The notes: generated from the sequence alone by a model not told the origin. 64,000 nucleotides of DNA from Candidatus Shapirobacteria bacterium (GCA_016188545.1 JACPHO010000006.1:693-64692), one strand, 5' to 3'. Shown: positions 53,737 through 63,922, counted from the stretch's first letter. Translations and numbers: made by a program.

Positions 53737-54150
53737 TTAGATCAATTCGTCCTTAATTAGCTTCGGAAATAAATTTTGATACATACTTTCCGATACCCCT
53801 ATCTGATTATTAGTATAATCGTCTTTTGAATACCACAACATTTCTCCTATCTCTGCACCTAAAACTATTACTCCAGAAAATTCTTTCACCAAATAACAGT
53901 TAACTCTCTGGTATTGTTCGCCTTCGCCAATCCTAGCCTCATATGAAAAATATTTTTCAATAGTGGTTGGAGATATCGACATTTCCTCACCCAACTCTCT
54001 ATTCATCGCCATTAGGTCATCCTCCCCAGTCTCCACTTTTCCTCCAGGGGTAAAATAAAACTCTTTATAAAACCCCTCATTTCCTTTTACCAGTAAGATC
54101 TTTTTATCCTTAATGATTAAGGCCGATACTCTTGTCCTGACTATCTTCAT
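53737..54150 (-). CDS. NUDIX hydrolase
   Basis: 137 aa; Nudix box GGKVETGEDDLMAMNRELGEEMSI. Confidence 0.8.
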   Translation of the reverse strand: MKIVRTRVSALIIKDKKILLVKGNEGFYKEFYFTPGGKVETGEDDLMAMNRELGEEMSISPTTIEKYFSYEARIGEGEQYQRVNCYLVKEFSGVIVLGAEIGEMLWYSKDDYTNNQIGVSESMYQNLFPKLIKDELI

Positions 54151-54153
54151 TAG

Positions 54154-55020
54154 TTATTCTAATCCCAACTCAATTATTTTATCGAGTAGCTTTGAATACG
54201 ATATTCCAGCTGCCCTCGCCTCTTTTGGCAGTAATGAGTTTTTTGTCATCCCCGGTAAGGTATTGATCTCCAGCACAAATATTTTTCCCTCCCTAACTAT
54301 CATATCGACTCTCGCAAACCCATTCGCTTTAACAGCTTTATAAACTTTCAAAGTTATCGCCTCCACCTTTCTTTGTAATGCTGGCGATATTCTGGCGGGA
54401 CATATTTCATCGGCCATACCATCAACATATTTTGCTTCATAGTCAAAAAATGGATTTTTAGGATGAATTTCAATAATAGGTAACACTACTGGTAAGTCGT
54501 TTCCCAACACCCCACACGACAGTTCCAGTCCCTCAATATATTTTTCCACTATCGCCTCCTTACTATATTCCTTGGCTTCAACAATCGCTTTAGTCAGCTT
54601 GTTTTGTTGTTTGACAATACTCACTCCCACACTAGAACCGCCGTCCACTGGCTTAACCACACAAGGTGTTTCAGTTGTCAGTGGTGCCATTAATATCCCC
54701 TCACTCTCCATTACCTTTCGGAATATCATTTTGTCCATCCCTACCGCCGACGCCATCACTCCGCTCCCGGTGTATTTGATTCCTCTTGTTTCTAAGTATC
54801 CCTGAATCGCCCCATCCTCTCCACTCTTACCATGTAAAACCAGGAATGCGATATCTGGTTTAAATTCTGTCAGCTTATCTATCTCGCTGGGCATGTCCAC
54901 TGACAAAACTTCATATTTCTTTTTAGATAAGTTATAGACTACCTCGCTGCCTGAGTTAAGTGACACCACCCTCTCACTACTGTCTCCACCCATTAATACA
55001 GCTACTTTTAATTTTGTCAT
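54154..55020 (-). CDS. ddl: D-alanine--D-alanine ligase
   Basis: 288 aa; KVAVLMGG, FLVLHGKSGEDGAIQGYLETRGIKYTGSG, ATP-grasp C-terminal blocks. Confidence 0.8.
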   Translation of the reverse strand: MTKLKVAVLMGGDSSERVVSLNSGSEVVYNLSKKKYEVLSVDMPSEIDKLTEFKPDIAFLVLHGKSGEDGAIQGYLETRGIKYTGSGVMASAVGMDKMIFRKVMESEGILMAPLTTETPCVVKPVDGGSSVGVSIVKQQNKLTKAIVEAKEYSKEAIVEKYIEGLELSCGVLGNDLPVVLPIIEIHPKNPFFDYEAKYVDGMADEICPARISPALQRKVEAITLKVYKAVKANGFARVDMIVREGKIFVLEINTLPGMTKNSLLPKEARAAGISYSKLLDKIIELGLE

Positions 55021-55107
55021 AACCGATTATACTACACTATTTACTTTATTAACACTAATATTAAGTTCAAACTTTACTTTTACAACATAAACTGATATAT
55101 TAGAAAC

Positions 55108-56235
55108 ATGGCCGAATACAAAACATTAAATGAAATCACTGTTTGCAGCTCCTCTCTTGTACACAACTACCACTACTATCAAAAGCTATCTCCACATGCT
55201 GTTATTTGTCCCGTCATCAAGGCCAACGCCTACGGTCATGGTTTGCGGGAAGTCGCCAAGATTATTGACGAACACCTGAGTCCACCCTATCTCATGGTCG
55301 ATTCTCTCTATGAAGCCTACGAACTTAGCAAGCTCAAAACCCGCACACCTATCCTTATCATGGGTTTCACCGACCCACAAAACTATGCTGTTTGGAAAAA
55401 GCTCCCCTTTACTTTCACTGTCTACGATCAAAGCTCACTCTTAGCACTTAACCAACACCAAAAAGGCGCTAAGATTCATATCAAACTCGATACTGGCATG
55501 TGCCGTCTAGGAATTCAAAAAAAAGATGTCAAGAGTTTTATAAAAACTCTCCTCGAATGTCGCAATCTTAAAGTTGAAGGTATATACTCCCACCTTTCTC
55601 AAGCTGATGATCCCAAAAAAACCACCTTTACCAACAGCCAGATCAAATCCTTTAAAGAAATGGTCTCTATTTTTGAATCTGCGGGTTTTACCTTCAAATA
55701 CAAACACATTGCTGCATCAGCTGGTGCCAGCACCATCCATGATCCATATTTTAATCTTATTAGACTAGGCCTCGGTTTTTATGGTTATTCCCCATTTGGC
55801 CCCCACACTATCCCTGGTCGTCTTGATCGTCAATCTCTACGTCCCGCCCTCAGTTTTACTTCACGTATAGCTCTCATCAAACAAGTCAGTCCTGGCAATC
55901 AGATCGGCTATAGCGGTTCCTATCGTGTCAAACAGGACGAAACCATAGCCATTCTCACTGCCGGTTATAACGAAGGTATCCCCCGGGAGTTAAGTAACCG
56001 TTTTTCTTTTCTCGTCAAAGGTACTCAGTGCCCAGTTGTTGGTAATATCAGCATGGACATGACCACCATCAAAATCCCCCGCACAATTAATGCTCTTATC
56101 GGTGACACCACCACCATGATCTCTCCGGACATAAATTCACCCTGTTCTATTTATAAGTACGCTATAACCATGGATACGATTCCATACACCATTCTAACTG
56201 GACTACATCCCTCAACTAAAAGGAGGATAATATAA
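55108..56235 (+). CDS. alr: Alanine racemase
   Basis: 375 aa; VIKANAYGHGL (PLP-Lys). Confidence 0.8.
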   Translation: MAEYKTLNEITVCSSSLVHNYHYYQKLSPHAVICPVIKANAYGHGLREVAKIIDEHLSPPYLMVDSLYEAYELSKLKTRTPILIMGFTDPQNYAVWKKLPFTFTVYDQSSLLALNQHQKGAKIHIKLDTGMCRLGIQKKDVKSFIKTLLECRNLKVEGIYSHLSQADDPKKTTFTNSQIKSFKEMVSIFESAGFTFKYKHIAASAGASTIHDPYFNLIRLGLGFYGYSPFGPHTIPGRLDRQSLRPALSFTSRIALIKQVSPGNQIGYSGSYRVKQDETIAILTAGYNEGIPRELSNRFSFLVKGTQCPVVGNISMDMTTIKIPRTINALIGDTTTMISPDINSPCSIYKYAITMDTIPYTILTGLHPSTKRRII

Positions 56236-56240
56236 CACTT

Positions 56241-57509
56241 ATGAAAAATTTCATTAGCTCTTTTGTACTTACTTACCTTCGCCTTCTCGCTCATATCCAA
56301 CTTAGTAAAATCCGACTACTTCAAAAAATTAAAGGTAAAAAATTAACCATTGTCGGCATCACCGGTTCTGCAGGTAAGTCATCTACTATCAATGCCTGTG
56401 AGTCAACCCTACAAGACTATCTAAAAGTCAAAACCACAGCCGGTTCAAACTCCGAATCGGGAATTCCCCTAAACATCCTCGGGATCAAAGTTTCTTCATT
56501 TACCCCTGTAGACTGGCTAAAATACTGCGCCTTGGCACTAAGGAAACTGTTTGCCAACTGGGAAAGCTGTGATATCTACCTAGTCGAAATGGGTATTGAT
56601 AGTCCAACAGAACCCAAGAACATGTCATACCTGCTCAAAATAGTCCATCCTGATATTGGAATTTTTCTCAACGTCAACCTCACCCACTCCCAAGAATTCG
56701 AAAAAACCATATCCAGCCACCTCATAGGAGATCAAAAAACATCAAAAGTAATTGAGCTTATCGGCGCGGAGAAAGCCAAACTCGTCAACTCGCTACCGTC
56801 AACTGGATATGCACTGATTAATACTGCTGACCCGACAGTTCTCAAAACCACTCTCACTCTTAGAGCCAAAAAAATAATTCTCAAACCAGTTCATCTTGAC
56901 TTTCCACACTATGCTCCCCCAACCGATTTTGACATCTCCATCTCCGCCGCGATTAACTTAGCCAAAGTATTTGGGGTTGATGAAAAAACTGCCATAACCG
57001 GCTTGAAACAAAATCTGATTCTTCCTCCTAGTCGGTCCTCTCTATTCTCTGGAATAAACGATTCAACAATCATCGACTCTTCATACAACTCCTCACCTTT
57101 AGCCACCACTGCCATGCTTCAGGTACTCTCAAAACACAATAGCCCTCGTATTGCCATTCTCGGAGACATGCGTGAACTCGGAGATGAATCACCTGTCGCT
57201 CACCAAAAACTCTACCAACAGGCTGTCAAAGTAGCCAACACTATTATTAGTGTTGGACCGGAGACTCAAAAATATTTTGGTGATAAGTCTATAAAGTTCT
57301 TATATTGGTGGCAGGTTGGTGAATACCTACTCTCTCACAAAGAACTGCTAAAAAACGCTACTATTCTTGTCAAAGGATCTCAAAATACGATTTATCTCGA
57401 AGAACTTGTCAAACAACTTTTAGCTGATAAATCAGACGAATCAAAACTCTGCCGCCAATCCTCCTACTGGCTCGATCTCAAAACTAAGTTCCGAAGTTCT
57501 AATACTTAG
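56241..57509 (+). CDS. murF: Mur ligase family, MurF-like (UDP-MurNAc-tripeptide--D-Ala-D-Ala ligase), lacking N-terminal domain
   Basis: 422 aa; IVGITGSAGKSST P-loop, VEMGIDSPTEPKNMSY..IGIFLNVNLTHS; adjacent to ddl/alr. Confidence 0.6.
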   Translation: MKNFISSFVLTYLRLLAHIQLSKIRLLQKIKGKKLTIVGITGSAGKSSTINACESTLQDYLKVKTTAGSNSESGIPLNILGIKVSSFTPVDWLKYCALALRKLFANWESCDIYLVEMGIDSPTEPKNMSYLLKIVHPDIGIFLNVNLTHSQEFEKTISSHLIGDQKTSKVIELIGAEKAKLVNSLPSTGYALINTADPTVLKTTLTLRAKKIILKPVHLDFPHYAPPTDFDISISAAINLAKVFGVDEKTAITGLKQNLILPPSRSSLFSGINDSTIIDSSYNSSPLATTAMLQVLSKHNSPRIAILGDMRELGDESPVAHQKLYQQAVKVANTIISVGPETQKYFGDKSIKFLYWWQVGEYLLSHKELLKNATILVKGSQNTIYLEELVKQLLADKSDESKLCRQSSYWLDLKTKFRSSNT

Positions 57510-57514
57510 GAGTG

Positions 57515-57705
57515 CTTGAGACGTTTCCCAAGTGGAGGTTTCGCAGTAACAACTTTCAAACTATCACCAGATCGCCTATTGTTTTAGGTTGTTTTGAAAG
57601 GAACTTTCGCAGTCAGTCTGCTATTTGGTTGGAGACTGACGAGAATGTAGGTGACGGCGGTACGTGCGCTTGAGATTATGTTAGCCAGCCGATTACCGGT
57701 CCGAC
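57515..57705. repeat. Structured intergenic repeat element, copy B
   Basis: Shares three sequence blocks with copy A (30845..31025), the first two in swapped order; contains a perfect 8-bp hairpin GTCAGTCT..AGACTGAC. Confidence 0.55.
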
Positions 57706-57752
57706 TCAAAACAAGCTAAAACAACAGATATGGTGAAAAAACTTTTCAAGAG

Positions 57753-58388
57753 TTACAACGTCTCGATCTGATCCACAATCGTCACAATCTCTTGTGGCTT
57801 TCTTGCCACCCAGTTTGGAACATATCCCATCAACGCTTCCTCCGAATTATATCCCCAAGTTACCGCAATAATCCTTACTCCAGCCTTATGACTGGCAATC
57901 ACATCTTTAGTCTCATCCCCAACATAAATCAACTGATCTTTGTTTAATTTTCTTTTACGAATAACTTTTTTTAGTTTTCTGGCTTTTCCCCACATCAGTC
58001 CACTCGGAACAATATATTCAAACACTCCCTCCAATCCATTCTCACTAAAAAATCTCTGTATATTTTCTTTTGAATTTGAAGACAAAATTCCCATTTTTAT
58101 CCCCTGTTTTTGTAATTCCCGAAAAACTCCAGGCATTCCCGGAAACATATTGATGGTACTAATATCGTTTTTGAGTTCCTTAATTGCTCTTCTTCCTACT
58201 CTGATAAATTGAAACCAACTCACTCCGAATGCTTTCATGGCTTTTTTTGTCCCCAACCGCTTAAATTCTCTTTGCATTTCTTCAGTTACCGGCTCATAAC
58301 CATACTCCGGAGCCAACCGATTAAGAATTTTTACAGCCGCATCAAATGTGTCAGCAATCGTCCCATCAAAGTCAAAGACAATCTCCAT
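57753..58388 (-). CDS. HAD-superfamily hydrolase (phosphoglycolate-phosphatase-like)
   Basis: 211 aa; MEIVFDFDGTIADT (motif I), YVGDETKD. Confidence 0.75.
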   Translation of the reverse strand: MEIVFDFDGTIADTFDAAVKILNRLAPEYGYEPVTEEMQREFKRLGTKKAMKAFGVSWFQFIRVGRRAIKELKNDISTINMFPGMPGVFRELQKQGIKMGILSSNSKENIQRFFSENGLEGVFEYIVPSGLMWGKARKLKKVIRKRKLNKDQLIYVGDETKDVIASHKAGVRIIAVTWGYNSEEALMGYVPNWVARKPQEIVTIVDQIETL

Positions 58389-58390
58389 TA

Positions 58391-58960
58391 CTATCCATTA
58401 AATTCCTTATTCTTTCTCATTTCTTTTTCAATGAGATTTCGTAAGTAAACCGAGCGAGGTATCATTCTCTTTTGAGCTACCCAATCAAGGTAAGCCAAAA
58501 TCTTGGGACTCACAAAAAAGTTAAATCGCACGTCCGCCGTCTTTTTGGCCTCTTCAACTGCATCTACCAACACCTTCTCCAAATTCTGGTCATTATATTC
58601 TGCCCAAATAATTCTGTCGTCTTTTAGCCCCCTAAACACTGTTGGTTCTGCCCCTGTTCGGTAGAGAACTACTACGGGTTTTGATTTCTCCAACGCCAAT
58701 GTTATTTCATGACCAATATGCAATGTTGATGGAAATGAACCTTCAATCACCGAAAAGTCAGCCTGGTCTATCCACTTAACAATATTTTTGTAGTTTCTCA
58801 CCCTATCCTCATCTCCCATTTCCAAAGCCTTGTCAAGGGGCATCGACAAAGTATCCTCGAGGACCTTATAACCCTCTTTGCGTAACAACTCAACAATCCG
58901 CCTATACGAGTCGAGCAACTTCTCCTTTTGGTACAAAGCACCGGAAAAATATATCTTCAT
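58391..58960 (-). CDS. Nucleoside 2-deoxyribosyltransferase-like Rossmann domain fused to C-terminal RHH-like segment
   Basis: 189 aa; N-terminus MKIYFSGALY..; C-terminus VSPKILAYLDWVAQKRMIPRSVYLRNLIEKEM is CopG/RHH-like. Confidence 0.4.
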   Translation of the reverse strand: MKIYFSGALYQKEKLLDSYRRIVELLRKEGYKVLEDTLSMPLDKALEMGDEDRVRNYKNIVKWIDQADFSVIEGSFPSTLHIGHEITLALEKSKPVVVLYRTGAEPTVFRGLKDDRIIWAEYNDQNLEKVLVDAVEEAKKTADVRFNFFVSPKILAYLDWVAQKRMIPRSVYLRNLIEKEMRKNKEFNG

Positions 58961-58972
58961 CCCGCTATTATC

Positions 58973-59749
58973 TCAACCAACCAGTCCAAAAGTCAATATT
59001 ACCATTCTATCGATCACAACTTCTCTCCCACTCACTCGCTCGTGAAAGTTTTTTTGCCACTTTTTAAACTCAACATTTGTCAGATATGCCAAAACAGAAA
59101 AAGGCCGCGACTGTGTCCACATCTCCAAGGTCGATGGTGTAAACTGCTTTTTAACAGTCAAAATCACCCTATTTATAAGAGAAAAACCACCATCCGTAAA
59201 CGCTCTGACTATCACCGGCTCGTCCGGAGTTCTGGATAATTCTCTTTTCAAAACCTTTTCGAGTGACCGACAATAAGGTAACCCATAAAACTGCTCATGA
59301 TTAGTACTGGCAATAATCATGCTCCCCTTATCGCTAAGTATGGTCTTAACTCTGTTTACTAATCGTGGCAGATCGCCAACAAAGTGAATGCTTTGAAAAA
59401 ATATCACCAGATCAAACTTTATTGAAGACAGCTTCTCCGTCCAACCATTATCAAAGTCAGCTTTAATTACCTCTACATTAGTGAGCCCCTCTCCAACCAC
59501 ATTGTCCCTCAAACTTATCAGCATTTCCTCGGACAGGTCTACCCCCACAAACTTTTTATGTGGATACAGTTTTGCCAGTGGAATCAACAATCTACCCGAA
59601 CCACAGCCCAAATCTAAAATCGTCTCACTTGTCTCAACCTTCAGAGATAACTCTATCAACACCTTGCACAAAGCCCTTCTTCCCAAGGCTCTCTTGTGGC
59701 TAAAGTCTTTGGCCAAAACCGCTAAAATATCTTCCCTGACTAGACTCAT
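58973..59749 (-). CDS. Class I SAM-dependent methyltransferase
   Basis: 258 aa; motif I ILDLGCGSGRLL, acidic motif II VGVDLSEEM. Confidence 0.75.
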   Translation of the reverse strand: MSLVREDILAVLAKDFSHKRALGRRALCKVLIELSLKVETSETILDLGCGSGRLLIPLAKLYPHKKFVGVDLSEEMLISLRDNVVGEGLTNVEVIKADFDNGWTEKLSSIKFDLVIFFQSIHFVGDLPRLVNRVKTILSDKGSMIIASTNHEQFYGLPYCRSLEKVLKRELSRTPDEPVIVRAFTDGGFSLINRVILTVKKQFTPSTLEMWTQSRPFSVLAYLTNVEFKKWQKNFHERVSGREVVIDRMVILTFGLVG

Positions 59750-59795
59750 AAACTTGGAGATTATATCTTAAAAAAGTTGAATAATCCACAACTTA

Positions 59796-60809
59796 TCACC
59801 ATTCACTGTCATACCAACTGACAGCTTTGACCACTGCTTCCTCCCACCCACTCCCAACAGGTCCTTTTAAATTGTGATCCGCTCCTTTGTAAATCACCAA
59901 TTCAATATTTTTTCCAATCCCTTTGAGATTTGTTACCACAGTGTTTTGCCACTCTACTTTCACCCACTCATCCTGGGTTCCTTGCTGAATCATGATTGGA
60001 GAATTTATCCATTGATAATAATTGTCAAATGCATAACGTCTGGCATCGTAATGTCTTTGAAACTCATCAATCACATCTTTTACTGGACTCCCCTCATCTA
60101 TTGTTGACAACACACTTTCCGGAAATGGTTGGGTCATCGGTGCCCACATTACTGTGGGGTATTGCCCCCCAGTTACCTCCAGTACCGACATTACTATCTG
60201 TCCACCATTGCTATGCGCCCAAAAGCCGATTCGACTTTTATCTACCCAAGGAATCCTTTTTACCGATTCAAGTAAATCCAGTACTTCTACCACCTTATGA
60301 AACCGTGCCTCCAGCATATCAGTCGACTCCACATCACTATTGGCATAACCCAAAAAATCCAGACTGATTGTTACGTATCCTTGTTTTGCCAATTCATCCG
60401 CCATCTTCCAACTCCCCGACCCGGGATAATACCCTATCTTTTCGGCGTATCCCCGAACCATGATGATTACTGGACTTAAACTACTCCGCTCCGGCATATA
60501 GCTCATCATCCCACTAATCCATTTACCGTCGCTCTTAAATCTTACTTCTCTAGTTTCAAATTCGTTTTGACTTTTTACTTTTGAATTTTGAATTTTTCTC
60601 CTATCCTCCACTTCTTTTATCGGACCTAAGATTTCTATTTCTGAAGCTATTGGTATTCGTTTTCGTAAGCTGTCAAAATCATATTTTTCTAGACTCAATT
60701 CAATAATCTCCCTAGCAGATCCTTTTGGATTAATAGTTTCTCGTGGCCAAAAATAATATCCTAAAATAATTGAAATAATACAAAATATTACAATAATTGC
60801 CTTTTTCAT
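59796..60809 (-). CDS. Membrane-anchored alpha/beta-hydrolase (S9/dienelactone-hydrolase-like)
   Basis: 337 aa; N-terminal TM; nucleophile elbow GFWAHSNGG; low-complexity insert KIQNSKVKSQNEFE. Confidence 0.65.
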   Translation of the reverse strand: MKKAIIVIFCIISIILGYYFWPRETINPKGSAREIIELSLEKYDFDSLRKRIPIASEIEILGPIKEVEDRRKIQNSKVKSQNEFETREVRFKSDGKWISGMMSYMPERSSLSPVIIMVRGYAEKIGYYPGSGSWKMADELAKQGYVTISLDFLGYANSDVESTDMLEARFHKVVEVLDLLESVKRIPWVDKSRIGFWAHSNGGQIVMSVLEVTGGQYPTVMWAPMTQPFPESVLSTIDEGSPVKDVIDEFQRHYDARRYAFDNYYQWINSPIMIQQGTQDEWVKVEWQNTVVTNLKGIGKNIELVIYKGADHNLKGPVGSGWEEAVVKAVSWYDSEW

Positions 60810-61945
60810 AACTCCAATATCTTCTCCACCGCATTCCTGCTATTTATCATCTCAAATCTGTGTTCTAGTGGGAAAATATCCGCTGCCTTTTTCTCTATCC
60901 ATTTTATCTCCCAGCTAAAGTATTCTTTTTTATAACTCTCCACTACCAAATCTACCTCTCTGCCCCCATATTCCCTGTAAAAATATTGTTTCCACAATTT
61001 ATCGCAATTTCGCCTAACTTTTTCCACTTCCACAACCACCCAGTTTTCAAAAAGTCCCCCAAGATCAGGTCTTTTATCCAATTCTCTAAAATCCGACACC
61101 AATGCGTTTCGTATTCCCAAATCCATAAAATAAATCTTCCTTGCCTCTGATACTGACTTTCTGGTATTTAATTTAAACGATGGCAATTCTACCAAAATAT
61201 AATTTCTACAAAAAATATCCAGATAGTTGGCAATTGTTGCCGGACTAGATTGCAAGCTACTGGCAATTTCCCGATATGATACCTCCTGACCCAGTTGCAA
61301 TGCCACCATCATCAATACTTTTTTTGCCAATTCAGCACTCTGTAAATCATAAAAATTAACAATGTCCTTAAGTACATATGCTTCAACCAAATTCTCTAAT
61401 TTTTTTACTTTCTCTGTTTCGCCAGTAGTTTCCATTACCTCCGGATACCAACCAAAAGACAATGTCTTGGCCAACTGTTCCCTTGACCACTCTTGTATAT
61501 TAATTTCTTTGGGATTATCATTTTCTTTTGTTTCCCCCAAGGATAGGGGTAAACAATAATATTCTTCAAATCTTCCTGCCAACGTGTCAAAGTCCTTACC
61601 TGCCTTTTTCCGCAGTTCACTGCTACCAGTAGCAATAATCTTTATTTTCAGAACATCATGAATAATTTTTAGTATTTTTGTCGACTCCGGATAGTTTTGA
61701 ACTTCGTCAATCAAAATTACCTTCAAGTCCCCCACTATTTTTTTTAGCCAGTCCACATCATTTTTAAATTTTTCCCGGTCAGTTGAGATATCAAAATTAA
61801 ACACCGGTAAATCCATCTTTTTACCGTAATATTCCAAAATTGTAGTCTTCCCCGATCGTCTCGGCCCCCAAATAAACAATATATTCGTATTGTCTCTGTC
61901 TTCAATATATTTATCTATCTTTTCCTCGATCATTCTTCTAATCAT
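60806..61945 (-). CDS. AAA+ ATPase with DUF4143-like C-terminal domain
   Basis: 379 aa; Walker A GPRRSGKTT, Walker B ILIDEVQ. Confidence 0.65.
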   Translation of the reverse strand: MIRRMIEEKIDKYIEDRDNTNILFIWGPRRSGKTTILEYYGKKMDLPVFNFDISTDREKFKNDVDWLKKIVGDLKVILIDEVQNYPESTKILKIIHDVLKIKIIATGSSELRKKAGKDFDTLAGRFEEYYCLPLSLGETKENDNPKEINIQEWSREQLAKTLSFGWYPEVMETTGETEKVKKLENLVEAYVLKDIVNFYDLQSAELAKKVLMMVALQLGQEVSYREIASSLQSSPATIANYLDIFCRNYILVELPSFKLNTRKSVSEARKIYFMDLGIRNALVSDFRELDKRPDLGGLFENWVVVEVEKVRRNCDKLWKQYFYREYGGREVDLVVESYKKEYFSWEIKWIEKKAADIFPLEHRFEMINSRNAVEKILEL

Positions 61946-62064
61946 ACTCTAACTTAACAAATTAATACCAATTTGTAAAGTCACACTTTCCACTTTACCC
62001 TAAATTTGCCAACTTTACCCCATAATACTTGACAATCTAATAAGAGAGAGATAATGCCTATAAT

Positions 62065-62337
62065 ATGAAAAACTTACCAGAAAATTTAGTCATCCCAGTA
62101 GAACCAACCGCAGAAGAAATGGTCGCAATGCAAAAAAAATTTGACGGCATCTTTCGAAAAGTACTAGTTGCCTGTGACAATATCACCTTTGGTACACCTG
62201 TTTCTGAAAAAAAATTCGCCAAATACCTAGGTGGCCGAGATCAAGTTGAAATATACTACCAAATGAGATCACAACTTCCAGATCTTAAAATAAAGACTGG
62301 TGCGCAACTAGGCATTCGAACGAGACTGAATGGTTGA
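62065..62337 (+). CDS. Hypothetical small protein
   Basis: 90-aa ORF preceded by the conserved motif CTTTACCCCATAATACTTGACAATC and GAGAGAGA. Confidence 0.35.
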   Translation: MKNLPENLVIPVEPTAEEMVAMQKKFDGIFRKVLVACDNITFGTPVSEKKFAKYLGGRDQVEIYYQMRSQLPDLKIKTGAQLGIRTRLNG

Positions 62338-62389
62338 TCTTTTAACCCATAATACTTGACTTATTCATTAGTGAGAGAGAAAATACCTT

Positions 62390-62770
62390 ATGCCAAGAAG
62401 GATTCTTACAGCTGAACAAGGCCTACCCACTGGTCCAATAATGGATGCCGGCATAGTTGAATTAAAAGTAAAACAACTATTAGAAAAGGAGGCTGGTCAA
62501 AAACCTGTTATTCTGGATAATATGGCCATATTAAACCCACGAAATAGAGGGGCTGATCCAGCTTGGCACGGTGGCCATAAAGCAATTCAATTAGTATATC
62601 TTCCCCTAAATGACATACTCGCGGTTCACCGGGCAACAGAAAACGAAGCAGAAGCTGATCGTACTGACATCTACGTAATTCCACTCGATGAAGCCAGACG
62701 TTTCTTTACTGGAACCATAGAAAGCATAACTCATCCAGAGTGGCCAAAAGCAACCAGGATTGGAAGTTAA
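62390..62770 (+). CDS. Hypothetical small protein
   Basis: 126-aa ORF preceded by a second copy of the same upstream motif (TTTAACCCATAATACTTGAC) and GAGAGAGA. Confidence 0.35.
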   Translation: MPRRILTAEQGLPTGPIMDAGIVELKVKQLLEKEAGQKPVILDNMAILNPRNRGADPAWHGGHKAIQLVYLPLNDILAVHRATENEAEADRTDIYVIPLDEARRFFTGTIESITHPEWPKATRIGS

Positions 62771-62799
62771 ACACAATCCCTTTTCTTTTCCATGAACTC

Positions 62800-62990
62800 T
62801 GTTATACTATCCCTTGTTCTACCGAAGACAGCAGGCTTGGCTCGCCAAAACGAAAGTGAAGGCGGCTTATAAGAGATTCATCTCCCCCGCCGAGGCCAAA
62901 TTAGACTTTCTAATTGCGTCCCGAATTCGGGACCTTTTTAGTTTTTAACTAAATTACTAGAGCACTATAGCTCTAAAGCACTAAATCAAT
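62800..62990 (+). promoter_or_regulatory. Candidate ribosomal protein L10 (rplJ) leader with attenuator hairpin
   Basis: GC-rich structured segment (GGCTCGCCAAAACGAAAGTGAAGGCGGC, CCCCCGCCGAGGCC) and GTCCCGAATTCGGGAC + T5 at 62927..62947, directly upstream of rplJ. Confidence 0.45.
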
Positions 62991-63506
62991 ATGTCAAAAG
63001 CCAAAATCAACAAAATCGCGCAAGTCGAGCAAGTCGTCGTTAAGCTTAACAGCGCCAAGTCCGCTGCCCTAGTCCAATACCAAGGTTTAAACGCTGCCGG
63101 TGTCGTCGCACTTCGCGACAAGGTACGTGAGAATGGTGGAGCCCTCGAGGTCACCAAAAATTCCCTTATCTTCCGTGCTCTTCTTAAGATGGGTATCGCC
63201 CTACCTGAGGAATTAGTCGGACCAACCGCCATTGCCTATAGCAATGATGACGAAATCGCTCCTCTAAAAGAAATTGATGCCGTCAACAAAAGTTCTGAAA
63301 AAACTTTCTTCAAATACGGTATCTACCAAGGTAAACTTCTATCTGTTGATGATCTCAAAAAATTCATTTCTCTTCCTTCAAAATCCACACTACTCTCTCA
63401 ACTAGTTGGTGGACTTAGAAATCCTCTCGAAAGAATGGTTTACGCTATGCGCTACAACCAAACTCAATTAGTTATGACCATCAAGGCTATAGCTGATAAA
63501 AAATAA
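62991..63506 (+). CDS. rplJ: 50S ribosomal protein L10
   Basis: 171 aa; canonical L10 N-terminus (KINKIAQVEQVVVKLNSAKSAALVQYQGLNAAGV..LR). Confidence 0.9.
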   Translation: MSKAKINKIAQVEQVVVKLNSAKSAALVQYQGLNAAGVVALRDKVRENGGALEVTKNSLIFRALLKMGIALPEELVGPTAIAYSNDDEIAPLKEIDAVNKSSEKTFFKYGIYQGKLLSVDDLKKFISLPSKSTLLSQLVGGLRNPLERMVYAMRYNQTQLVMTIKAIADKK

Positions 63507-63541
63507 TTTGTTGTTAATAATTTATTAATTAATTAAAAAAA

Positions 63542-63922
63542 ATGGACGCAAAATTAACCAAAATTCTCGACCAAATTGCTGAACTTTCAGTAATGGAATT
63601 ATCCGAACTGGTCAAAGCTTTAGAAGAAAAATTCGACGTTAAGGCTGTGGCCGTGGCAGCCGCCTCGCCCGCCGGAGCGCCAGCGCAGGCAGGTCCTGCT
63701 GCTGAAGAGAAGACCGAATTCGATGTTGTTATTACCAACGCTGGTACTAATAAAATCGCTGTTATCAAAGTAGTCCGTGAATTCAAACCAGAGCTAGGAC
63801 TCAAAGAAGCTAAAGATATGGTCGATGCTGCTCCCGCAGACCTCGGAACCATGAAGAAAGACGCTGCTACCGATGCTAAGACCAAACTCGAAGCTGCTGG
63901 CGCAACTGTCGAACTCAAATAA
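63542..63922 (+). CDS. rplL: 50S ribosomal protein L7/L12
   Basis: 126 aa; Ala-rich hinge [22 protein letters not shown] and C-terminal domain [18 protein letters not shown]...AGATVELK. Confidence 0.95.
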   Translation: MDAKLTKILDQIAELSVMELSELVKALEEKFDVKAVAVAAASPAGAPAQAGPAAEEKTEFDVVITNAGTNKIAVIKVVREFKPELGLKEAKDMVDAAPADLGTMKKDAATDAKTKLEAAGATVELK

